From the NCBI GenBank assembly GCA_002269645.1, contig NIVC01003684.1, positions 1 to 64,000 of the forward strand: a stretch of DNA of 64,000 nucleotides, in the 5' to 3' direction. This document shows, one piece after another, positions 1 to 10,560 of the stretch. The notes below the pieces were generated by a model that was not told where the DNA came from, did no database searches, and worked only from the letters and a program-made list of their open reading frames with translations. The DNA is from Macrostomum lignano (Eukaryota). Both the position numbers and the translations under genes were made by a program. How positions within the stretch are numbered: the stretch's first letter is position 1; each line of letters opens with the position of its first letter.

Positions 1-829
1 TCTGCTGCATTTTTTATTCCTCCTTCAAACTCAATGGAGGCTGATACTGACTGACTGAGAAATCGGTTACGTCACAACTTCTTCCTGTGACTTTTCGCTA
101 ACCGACTTGATGTGAGTATTTAATTATGAGTGCTACGATTTACGTCCTTGATTGGATGAGAGTTAGTCGGGATATGAACAGACTGAACAGCTAATTCAGA
201 AACGCGGGTTTGAAGTTTGAAATTGTAAATTTTCATTAATCATTTTATAATGGAAATATTGATTTAAAAGACGAAAGAAATAACAAAGGAAGAGTCACGT
301 CAAAAATAAAAGAAGCGTCGTGTCAAGCAGAATAGATGCCTAAAGAACCCTATTCTCGAATCGCCCTATCGGACATAAAAGACTCATTGGGGAATTGCTA
401 AAAGTACTGAGAATTACCTATAGGGAAATTGCTGAGATGTCAAGACCTTTGGAGGGGTGGTTACCGAGGTGCCAACGGTCAATTGGGAGCTTTTGGTAGG
501 CTAAGGCTTAAAGAGACGCTTTGATGCCACAGCTCACAGGATGCTGATATCTTAGACTGAATAACTGGCTTTCAGGGCTTTTAGCTTTAAAAATCATCAT
601 TTTTCTTAAGATAATAACTTTTCTGATTGCTAGTGTGACATAAAACTTTAAGAATTAATTAACATGTTGCACTGCCACGTTACGAGTTCCACGCCCCTGA
701 CATATTTGATCCTCAGTCAAGAGCAGAATTTGGCTGTTGGAGTTCAATGAAATAAAGGATGCTGAATGAGACGAAAGGTAATAAATTTATGACGCATCAA
801 TTTTCACGACAGAATTCACCACAACTCAC

Positions 830-3800
830 GACAACGGTCCTGTTCACGCCAGCGAGATCAGACTGCAGTGAGGTCAGCTGCAGTAAAAGTTTGGACGCTG
901 CAAGGTTGCTGTCCACCGGAATGAATTGCGCGCTACCGTTCGTGACACTGGCAAGAAGCGACATCCGCATGTCCGCACTTTCACCGAACCGGATGGTGTT
1001 GACTCTGAGGCTCGTTTTCGATATGGCATCGATCGTAGAGTCCAGACTGATGCTGCAGTCTTCATTTTCCTCACCTTCTGTGACCAAAAGTATCTGACCA
1101 CTCGAACGATGAGTTGGACTTGTTGGGTCCTCACCTAGCAGCTGGGTGATTTGATTGAGGAGTAGGTGATTCAGTCAGTGGTACCTGGCCTGAACTATGG
1201 CTTGTCTAAGAATCTGACTGTGCGTAAATCTGTTCAATGACCAAATCACTGACCTTCATAGCCTCTTGAACAGCTCCACTGATGCAGGTGCCTCCTCCGC
1301 AGTCAGATTCGAGACGGATTGCATCAGCTGACGTCGAACAGCCGGTGAGTCAACCAGGATGAAATTTTGCAGCACAGTGGGGTTGCCCGTAAAGCTGATC
1401 AGGGCGCACTCTGACCCGGTCTCCAGAGTGAAGGCAATGTAATGGTTCACTGCACCAATCAAACTTTGAATTCGGTTGTCCTGAATGGGTCCAAAATGAG
1501 TAAGAATGAATTGCTATATGTTGATCTTTGTGTATTTATAAAAACTGATTACAGAAATCATTAACCCAGCAAGCAGTATTGCGGAAAGCTTCATGAAAAA
1601 TGAAAAAATGAAAAATTGTTACAAAGCGATTCGGGTAGAGCAGAGCATGGAATTGAGGCAAAGAAGCGACGCAGCTGAGACAAAGCAAGCGGCTTCTCAC
1701 CGATCCCATGCTACCAGAGATATCCATGACGATCACAACGCGGCGTCTCTCGGGTTCAACCACCAGACGAACATTGAAATTCGAGTTCATTTTAGTAGCA
1801 GAGTTGATGGGCCTTAAAAAATCTTCGTGGTCTCTGATGACCTCCGCAGCGCTGCGTTGATTGCAATTCATGTTGAGCAAGTTGTCGGCATCTTTGTTGT
1901 GCCTGTGCCTGGGGTCGGAGACCTTAAAGTCCGCATCACCCGGCGGGGCTTCGCTGAACAGGCCCCAGCGGAACTGCGAAAAGTACAGCGCCATCGTCCT
2001 GGCTGTGGGATGTGCGGATTGGAGTGAAGCCGTGACAGCAATGCGAAAGAGTTGTGGGACTTTTTAACGTTATTGATCTTTAATCCAGAGGCTACTAGAT
2101 CAAATAGTTCAAGTATTATACGAAACGCTCTAAATATACTCAGCAACATTGACAAGTCGCCACTCTATGCGTCAGTGAGCAATTTTCTGGACTTTTCTGG
2201 AATAAAAGATACGAGAAAACTGATCGGGGTAGCTTTAATCCGTCCAACCCTCGCACACCCCCCCCCTCCCCACTTCATTCCTCAGCTTAAGTCTGCCGCA
2301 GGGTAACTAAGTTGCGTCACTCGCAAAGATTGAGAGACTTTACCTGCACTGTCAAAAATGGCAACCACAGACGGAATCTTCTGTGATGGCGACTTTACAA
2401 TGTTGCTGAGTATTCACTCTATAGTTCAACCTATAACATAGATTAAGGCAGGGACTATTTAATACTCGAGACGGGAAACTACAAAATTTAGAGGCCGATC
2501 TATTACTAACGTATTCCTTGAAAATCATTTTTAATAGGTTTTTACCAGATAAAAACTCACTGACTACAAGGTAGAAGCAGGGACTTCTGCGATATAGGTT
2601 TACCGTAGAAAGAAGGGACTGGAAACTCGGCTTTAGTGAGTAAGAAATGTGGGCTGGCTGATTACTCAATGTGTGTGCGTATTTGTTAGCTGAAAGAGCT
2701 TAGATAGCGAGAGCATCTTGCCGCCATGGTGAGAAAGTGCACGGTTTTCGGATGCCCAGCACACTACAGTTCCAATCCAGAAAGCAACGCCGTGCCAATT
2801 TATCGCTTTCCTACGGACGAAGCGGAGCGTCTGCGCTGGCTGGCTGCATTGCCCAACATCGTTAATTCGTTATCGTTAATGGCAAAGTCGAAAATCTGGG
2901 GATCTGCAGACTGCATTGGCTTCTAGGAGCCAAAATGGTAAAAAAAAGAATGGGCAAAAACGTCCGGCTGATCCACCTACCGAGTTTGCTCAGTTGCCGC
3001 CATCAATGTTTCACCAAGTACAACCTCCCTCTGTAAGAAACATTGCACATAGGCTTGTTTCAGCTGAATCACTCGCAACTGCTGATGATAATCGAGAGCT
3101 TGAACTGTTCAGGAAGACGGATTCCATTCCTGCTGAGAAGTTCAGTGGCAGCAAGTACTTGTTCAGTAGAACCGAGTCGAGGTCGAGTTCAGTGTCAAGA
3201 TCCGATCCGACTTTTACAGCAGGAATGGGTCTTGACTTACTTGACTTAGCTGCAGGGCTGTCCCGGGGGGGGGACAGCGGGAAGGCGCGAACGCCCATTC
3301 CGCTAATCCCTGAACGGCCGACGCGTCGCTATGGACGAAGGGTTGGCGCCGCCCAGGGAGGTCCCCAGTGTCGCCAGCAGCTATGGTGCTCTCTGGAAAG
3401 GAGAGTTCAGCCCTGCGGGTGGCCCGGAGGTAGCGCATGAGCTGGTTAAAGTTTTCGGGTTTGCACGCTTCAGTAATATACGTGTGTGGCCCGAGGTAAG
3501 TGAGTCTGGCTCGCGTAAAGGCGGGACAGATGCTGACGAAATGCTCAGCGGTTTCGTCACCTGAGTTACAGAGACTGCAGATGGCGTTGGTGGCGTTGCC
3601 CTGCAGGTACTGGTGCCTAGAGAAGCAGCCGTGACCTGAGAGGGTCATGATGGCAGCCCGGATGTCTCTGCGCGAGAGGCGCAAGAGGAGCTTCCGGAGC
3701 TGGTGAGAGGGCTGAGGGACAGCGCCTCTGGATTGCCTGCAGGTGGTGCAGTTCGCCCAAGTCGAGCGGTGCTGGGTCCTGATCCACGCTTTGATGCGCG

Positions 3801-6800
3801 AGTCAATGACACAGCCAGGAATCTGGACAAGGGGTTCGGGACCGAGAGAGGAGCCGGAGGCGCCAACTTTCGCAAGGGCGTCAGCCAACTCATTCCCTCG
3901 GATCCCCACATGCCCCGGAACCCACTTGAGGGTGATTTTGTTGGTGGAGCCCAACATGTTGAGGAGTTTGATACAGTCGAGGACTGTAGCAGAATTGGTG
4001 CTGCAGCCGCTGATGGCGTGCAAGGCAGCTTGGCTGTCCGAATGGAATATGATGTTCTTACCGGTAACGCCAGTGGCGAGGAGCCCTGCGGTGCAGGAGC
4101 TGATGGCAAGAACTTCATTTTGGAAGACACTAGAGTTGACCCCAGTGTACTGAGCGTGGGTTGCGATAACCCTCCCGTTCAGGAAGATTCCAACACCAAA
4201 ACCGGTGTTGGCTGACTGCTTAGAACCATCGGTGTAGCAGTGAAGCTCACCAGGGTTCCAGTGGTCATTGATGGTATCGCGCGAGTCGATAGCTACGGAG
4301 TAGCGCTGTCTCAGGTTGAGCGTTGAGGCAATGCCATCGGTGAGGACCCGATTGGCCTGACACTCGTTGAGGATGTTGAGGCACAGGTCGCTATGCGGGA
4401 CGAGGTTTCGCTTAGCAGGTGCCCTCATGTAAATGAATTTGACACCGGCATCAAGTAAACGCCAGGTCGTTCTAGCCGCCTCACCCCTGACGAAGAGGTC
4501 GAGAGGCGGTAGATTAAGGAAGGTCCCCATGCCAGCAAAGGGCGTGGACCTGGTGGCGTTGCAGATGAGCCTACACGCTCTGCCCTGGATCGTGTTGAGC
4601 AAATCTGCGTGGCTTTTGACCTGGGTAGCGCTAACCCAGACAATTCGAGGCGTACGTAATGGCAGGTCTAACTACGGAAGTGTAGATCCACCAAAGCCGT
4701 TTTGGGGAAAGACCCCAAGAAGTGCCAAGTGCTCGACGGAGCTGGGCCAGGATGGCTGAGGCACGCTTGGCTTTTGCTTTCACGTGGAAGGACCAGTTGA
4801 GCCGGTGGTCAAGTATGACCCCGAGACATCTGGTCTGGTGCGCGAAGGCAATATCTCTGCCGTATAGCTGCAGAGGTCGTATGTTCCAGCGTATTCTGCT
4901 GGTGAACATAATGGCAACAGTTTTGGGCTCGGAGAGTTCCAGACCGTTGTCATTGGCCCAGGATTCTGCTTTGCGGATAAAACTCTGCATCAGATCCCTG
5001 AGCGTGCTGGGGGACGGCCCAGCCACAATGGCAGTGACGTCGTCAGCATACCCGACTTTGAAGACGGGATCAGGTCGGGAGTCACCCAGAAGAGCGTCCA
5101 TGACCAGGTTCCAGAGCGTCGGGGTGAGGACTCCGCCTTGGGGTCCACCCTTACAGACTCTGGTGGAGGCAGTTTGCCCAAGAAGTTGGGCAGTGACCGT
5201 ACGGTTGGAGATCATGTACATGATCCACCGTATGAGGGTAGCGTGAGCTTTGCGATTTTGAAGGGCCCTCTGAAACGCTTCAAAGATAAAGTTGTCGAAG
5301 GCGCCAACAATGTCGAGAAAAAGAGCCAGGGCGTAACCGTCACCCAGTACCGCCCGTTCAATCTTCTCGACTATCGCATGCAGGGCGCTGTCAGTCGACC
5401 TCCCGGTACGGAAGGCGTGCTGATGATTGCTGAGAGGCATTGCTGTCAGCTCGCAAGAAAGCAGCCGCCAGAGAATAAGCCTCTCAGTGAGCTTAAGCAT
5501 TGCTGACGTTAAGCTAATTGGCCTAAAGGCCTTGACGTTCTGGTAGTCACCCTTCCCAGGTTTGGGAATGAAGACTACCCGAGCTTCGGTCCAGCACTTG
5601 GAAACGTATCCCAGCTGGATAGAGGCCCGCATGAGATTGCGGGTAAGTCTCAAGAGCGAGGGTATCTTGGCTGCTTCACGAAGAAGAACAGGGTAGATAC
5701 CATCAGGCCCAGGAGATTTGAAGGGTTTGAAGGTTCTGACTGCACGAGCGATTAAGTCTTCAGTGATTATGCCCGCCGCTAGGGTGGCTCCATCCATTGA
5801 GTGGTTGGGTTCCGATCTAGCAGTAGGTACCCTCGGGAAGAATGTGCTGAGCATATGCTGAAGCACTTCTTCAGGGTCTTTAGTAAGAGAGCCATCATAT
5901 TTTCTGATCATGGCTAATTTGGATATTTGGAGATTTGGATGTCCATTGTAAGGGCCTTGACAAGCCTAGAAGTAGGTCTGTCTTGATCCAATTCATTGCA
6001 GAATTGGCGCCATTTACATTCCTTGGCCTTGCGCACTTCAGATTTGAAGTTGCGGGAGGCTTGTCGGAAAAGCTCCATGTCCTCCGGGTTTCCGGTCTTC
6101 ATGGCACGGCGGTGAAGGCTTTTGGCCTTCCGCCTGAGTTTCCCCAGCTCCGGGTTCCACCACGGCGCCGAGGTCTTGCCTTTGTAGGCACGGACAGGGC
6201 AGGCCGCCTCATAGGCTGCAATAATGCAACCTGTCAGCGTCTCAGCCGCATGGTCCACATCCTCGCAGGTCTCAATCGGACGTAAGTCCGTGAGTTCCTG
6301 CAGGTGCAGATCAAGGGTAGCCTTATAGGCCGCCCAATCAGTGTTGCGGATGTTACGCCTCCAAGAAATCGAGGACTGGGGTTTAGTGTCCGCGATGTTA
6401 AAGGCGATAAAGCAGTGTTCAGACAGGGAGGGCTCCTCAGACCAGACTCTCCACTCCTTAACTCTGTCAAAGAGTCTTGGGGTAACGAGTGTGGCGTCAA
6501 GGACCTCAGTCCATCTGCCATTGTTAAAGGTAGGAGGAGTGCTACCGCGGTTGCAGAGCATGAGGTTTGTGTTAGAGATAAGGGCCAGAAGCTCCTCCCC
6601 TCTAGTATTGGTGTCTTTGCTGCCCCAGTGCTTGTGGTGCGCGTTGACGTCGCCCCCCAAGCACAGCTCAGCGTTCTGGGACTCGCAGTACTGCGCAAGG
6701 CGAAGATTCTGATCTTCAGAGAACACTGCTTTTAACTCTGCGACAGATTCTTTGCCTGCCACCATCCAAAGACTCTTCAGAGACAGTTGGGTTGTTTTAC

Positions 6801-7759
6801 GACCGTTGCATCTCAGAGTGAAGCAAAGCTTACTGCTTCTCATGTTATTTGCATCACTGCCGCCTCCCATTAGTAGGAATTGTGCACTGGTGTTTGATAA
6901 AATGCACATTAAGCCATCTATGCTTTTGTTTCCTCGTTCGTTAATGCGTCCGTCGTTAGATTTATTGACATATCCTTAGATTTTTACTTACTTTGTAAGC
7001 TGATAAATATCTTGCCTTAAATCAGCCAGCCCCCACATTTCTTACTCACTAAAGCCGAGTTTCTAGTCCCTTCTTTCTATGGTAAACTTATATCGCAGAA
7101 GTCCCTGGTAGAAGGTACAAAGTCCCTGGATTAAGCATCAAGGATATCAACTAATCAAGCATCAAGAGGATTCTTACGACTTACGTCTGTAAGCGTTGCT
7201 GGACTCGAGAATCTTGGTCGAGAGTTGTACTTTTTCTGCTTGAGCTCCACAGACGAACTTGTCCCGCACGACACCCTCATCAGACTCCTTGATGTCCGGA
7301 GAGACAACGAAATCCGCGTTCTCTGGCCGCTGCCACGTTGCCGGGTGCAGCTGAAGCCTCGAATGGTTCAATTGGGCGAGCTTCTCACTTAGACTGTGCG
7401 GCAGCAGCACGCTGACCTCGCCGAAGCCGAGACGGCGGCCCACATTATGGGTGAGCTTCTCCAAGATGCCGGAGGCCTCCCGAAGGGCGGTCTGAAAGGT
7501 CAAAGCAGCACTGGATATTCTCCCAGACTTCAATTTCAATATCACACAATCAAAGCGTATTATGCCTCACCTGCAGCACATGAAGTAGATGAGCATAGTG
7601 CTTCTCCTGCACGTTGCCGTCTGCAGGTATTTGCACAAAGACTAGCAAGTCGTTATAGTAGCCGTCATCAGCGAGATGCAGTTTGCTTGACGCATCGAGC
7701 TGGATGCAAAAAGCAGCCAGAAAAGTCATGAAGATTGTGCTGGCGTTTTTTAGCCTCAT
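830..7759 (-). CDS. CLCA: CLCA-like (calcium-activated chloride channel regulator family) gene, 5 exons; continues toward or beyond the left edge; one frameshift, so possibly a pseudogene
   Basis: Exons 7759-7571, 7491-7185, 2002-1701, 1480-1254 and 1141-830, all GT-AG with matching phases except exon 4, which is 1 nt short. Signal peptide MRLKNASTIFMTFLAAFCIQLDASS, then LADDGYYNDLLV (CLCA N-terminus), CGAQAEKVQL, FRWGLFSE (CLCA LRWGVFDE), vWA MIDAS VIVMDISGSM, GGTCISG and ILLVTEGE. Confidence 0.8.
2726..3000 (+). pseudogene. THAP zinc-finger domain of the P-like transposase, frameshifted
   Basis: C-x4-C, FP and W motifs in ORF 2726-2926; CxxHW in a second frame; RPADPPTEF in ORF 2916-3440. 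Confidence 0.75.
3231..6730 (-). mobile_element. Non-LTR retrotransposon with APE endonuclease, RT, RNase H and CCHC knuckle (I-group, LOA/Lian-like); 5'-truncated, two frameshifts
   Basis: ORFs 5914-6909 (GDVNAHH, APE), 4631-5911 (PGPDG, RPISL, FLDIVGAFD, PQGGVL, YADD) and 3214-4602 (YTDGS, SDSQAAL, WVPGHVGIRGNELAD; CSLC...H...C). 3' tail (TAAGTCAAG)2 at 3231-3248. Confidence 0.92.
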
Positions 7760-7991
7760 GTTTAAGGATTCTGTGCAGACAAAAGTTGACAGAAATTTTA
7801 TGCTGAGCGGTGGCTCTGCAAGAGATGAACTGGGGCTGGCAGGCAACTCAGCTCGAAGCGAAGCCGCTCCTCTCGATATTGACTCAGAGCCATGGGAGTT
7901 TCAGCCACAGACAGAGATACTGCTGAGCTGCCGGCTCTAAGCTTCGTGCAAACGTCTTATTTTGTGAATCCAAAAATAGTAACTGATAATA

Positions 7992-8433
7992 TTGCTTTTG
8001 TCAGCCTAACTGAGAATAAAGCCACCCAAAATGAGAATCCTGCCTACGCTGACTGCGAAGGGCCTGGCTGCGTGCAGCCTTAGTCCATGGGCCATAGACA
8101 ATAAAGGACAAGCAAAGAGACTAAAAAGCCATCCAATGTGAGAATCGATTGGTCTATGCGTTGTATTCTTTTATTTTTATACCTTCTGAGCTTCTGAGCC
8201 ATATGACTAGCCAATCCTAGCTTATCCTTTATAGTTTATGGCTGGACGCAGCTAGGCCCTTCGTATTCAGCGTAGGCAGGATTCTCACATTGGATGGCTT
8301 TTTATCACTTTGCTTATCCTTTATAGTCTATGGCCCATAGACTAAGGCTGCACGCAGCCAGGCCCTTCGCAGTCAGCGTAGGCAGGATTCTCACTTTGGA
8401 TGGCTTTATTCTCAGTTAGGCTGACAAAACCAA
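7992..8433. mobile_element. MITE with ~155-bp TIRs and TA flanks (Tc1/mariner-like)
   Basis: About 7992-8147 is the near-perfect reverse complement of about 8279-8433; TA on both sides; no ORF. Confidence 0.75.
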
Positions 8434-8689
8434 TAGTGCCTTAATACCCATGCTTTAAGGGCGATAATGGGAAAATCAGAGGGCGCCGTTACTATTACTG
8501 TGCCATAGACATATTTGTGTCCTTGACAAAGTGGGACAGATAGACAGTTCATCAGACAGACGGTATCATTTTGGAGGGGTTTTTAGGGGTATAGCAATCA
8601 AGCCAGATTGTTGCACGCTTTGAATGTCTATGGCCGAAGCCAACGTCTGAGCTAACTATTTATGCTATATTTAGCAGTTGTAACATTAT

Positions 8690-9043
8690 AAAAACTGACG
8701 GTGCCGCCTGATCTGATGAACATGGCGGCTGGGGAGCCTTCAATTGCATGTTGGCTTTTGCAAAGCGCGGATCCTCGATAATATTAACGTCACGGACACG
8801 CAGCAAATAGCGGAAAACACCAGCTCGAGCGGTAATCAACGAAGCAGGGGCATAGAAACCACCGTCAATTTTACGAACAAAAGCATAGAAGATTCGCAAG
8901 CCAGTGACTAACTGTTCGATATCGGCTGTATTCAGATCGCAGGCGTAGTTCTTGCTTGAAAGCACCTCGTTGAACTTACGAAGTGCCCACTGTTCTTGCA
9001 ACAGAACTGACTTTGGCGTAGTGTCGAGTTGCATTACATCCAT
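8690..9043 (-). pseudogene. Crypton-type tyrosine recombinase N-terminal fragment (KCTD1/ZMYM-related region)
   Basis: LRIFYAFVRKIDGGFYAPASLITARAGVFRYL...NIIEDPRFAKANMQL fits the FY-x3-RKxDGxxYxxxSL...RYL...NIxxDxxF...N pattern I recognise from CryptonA proteins. No catalytic domain follows. Confidence 0.65.
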
Positions 9044-9383
9044 ACTACATCATTAACTGCCCGCTAATTTCGATATTTCTTTCCTGCAAGCTGGTTTAAA
9101 TGTAGTCTATGGCATTAAAAGGCAAGAATAAGTAAGTGCCCAGCGGGCACAAAGGTCATGGTACAATAATAAGCATTTTGCAGAGAATTAAATATTCTTC
9201 AAGTTAGACAGCGTCAAGTGGTATAACAAAATGAGCCACTCTGGGGGTTGAATTGAAAACACCAGGAATTGTCTATGTTTGATATATCAAAGCTAACAAA
9301 TAACTTTTAGACACTTTCTCTACTCGGGGAACCTTTGAAATCCATGCAGCATTGGCAGTTGATTTAAATACGGACTTAAATAG

Positions 9384-9683
9384 ATGTCCTGCCAGCCCAT
9401 GTCTTCCATACCTTGGCCACCCGAAGCAGCGGCCCTGGTCGCGGCTACTAGGAGGGCCTATCAGCGGTGGACTGCGCACCTGATGCACAGCAATGCCTTC
9501 TCCTTGTCGCGGTCCGAACTGGAAGACGAGTCGCTGGACCCAAATAGCAATAATACTAATAGTAATTATTATTGTTGCCATTATTATTTGCAGCCAAGAG
9601 AGCGTAAGGCGTTGAAACGGCCATTGAGCGATTCTGATTTGGAGTTGTCGGCAGTTGGCGGCAAGCGAGCCGCTCGAGAATGA
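9384..9683 (+). CDS. Uncharacterised small ORF, 99 aa
   Basis: ATG directly after an AG; GC-rich coding-like composition; basic KRP...KRAARE C-terminus. I recognise no family. Confidence 0.3.
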   Translation: MSCQPMSSIPWPPEAAALVAATRRAYQRWTAHLMHSNAFSLSRSELEDESLDPNSNNTNSNYYCCHYYLQPRERKALKRPLSDSDLELSAVGGKRAARE

Positions 9684-10156
9684 CTGCTGCGAGTAAAGCT
9701 TCACTGCTTAGCGTCAGGCTGAGACAGAAACTCGACTGTGTTTTATTATTGAAAACAACCCGGTCTACTTAATTGCACTACTGCCGCCTATTCAAGTAGT
9801 GCGTTTAGTGATTTAGCGTTTTTTTACTTGTCGATCATTTTCCGTGATTTCTCTGCACTTGACCACAGCTCTAGACAGACAGAATTTGCGCTACAGCCTA
9901 TTTGATCCGCTTCTGTAAAGGCACTGCGTACAAAGGTTGAATTCATTTATTGTTTGTTATTTTTACTTTGAGACGACCTTATTCGTTTAACCCGCATCTA
10001 CAAGTGTATTATTTAATTTCTGTGTGCCATGCACAGGTCTAAAATAAATGTATTTTCAAGCTGAAAAGCGTGAATTTTATCAACTCTGCGCTTCTCACAC
10101 TCGTCTGCTGTGCTGGCTATATAATAGTTCATTTAGATATTCTCAGCTTGGGCGGC

Positions 10157-10390
10157 TCATGCACTGCATCATGCACTGCATCATGCACTGCATCATTCAC
10201 TGCATCATTCACGAATCATTCCCTGCATCATTCCCGAATCATTCCCTGCATCATTCACGAATCATTCCCTGCATCATGCACTGCATCATTCCCTGCATCA
10301 TACACTGCATCATTCACGAATCATTCCCTGCATCATACACTGCATCATTCCCGAATCATTCCCTGCATCATGCACTGCATCATTCCCCAT
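10157..10390. repeat. Degenerate 11-12 bp tandem repeat (GCACTGCATCAT / TCATTCCCTGCA / TCATTCACGAA)
   Basis: Direct inspection. Confidence 0.9.
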
Positions 10391-10560
10391 CATTCCCCCC
10401 TCTCCATTGCCTGCACAGTTCCTGCCTCCACAACCCTCTCAGGTCAGATTTAAAGCATACGCAGGAATGCCAGAATGAGCAGCCTATTGGGGATCTCAGC
10501 GAGTCTGCTGTGCTGGCGACCTGTACGCTCGCATTCGTACAAAAATCAGCTTTCAGTTTT

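Larger units (their letters stand above)
2578..7107 (+). mobile_element. P-element/THAP9-type DNA transposon, internally deleted and non-autonomous, in CLCA intron 2
   Basis: TIRs 2578-2663 and 7020-7107 (CAGGGACTTCTGCG...; CA...TG termini); 7-bp TSD GTAGAAG at 2571-2577 and 7108-7114; frameshifted THAP domain from 2726 (MVRKCTVFGC...YRFP...RW...ICRLHW...RPADPPT); P-transposase motifs LRQILCLPP and CALVFDKMHIK at about 6735-6915. Confidence 0.85.

Noticed and set aside
1-800. Further CLCA exons
   Set aside because: No frame with convincing CLCA similarity and compatible splice sites; the left edge contains repeat-family sequence.
3331-6735. Plus-strand ORFs overlapping the LINE, and similar antisense ORFs over GC-rich exons
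   Set aside because: Shadow ORFs of GC-rich coding sequence with no recognisable motifs.
8501-9114. 10-bp inverted repeat TGCCATAGAC around the Crypton fragment as TIRs
   Set aside because: Short, no TSD, Cryptons are not known to have TIRs, and a similar motif occurs in the adjacent MITE.
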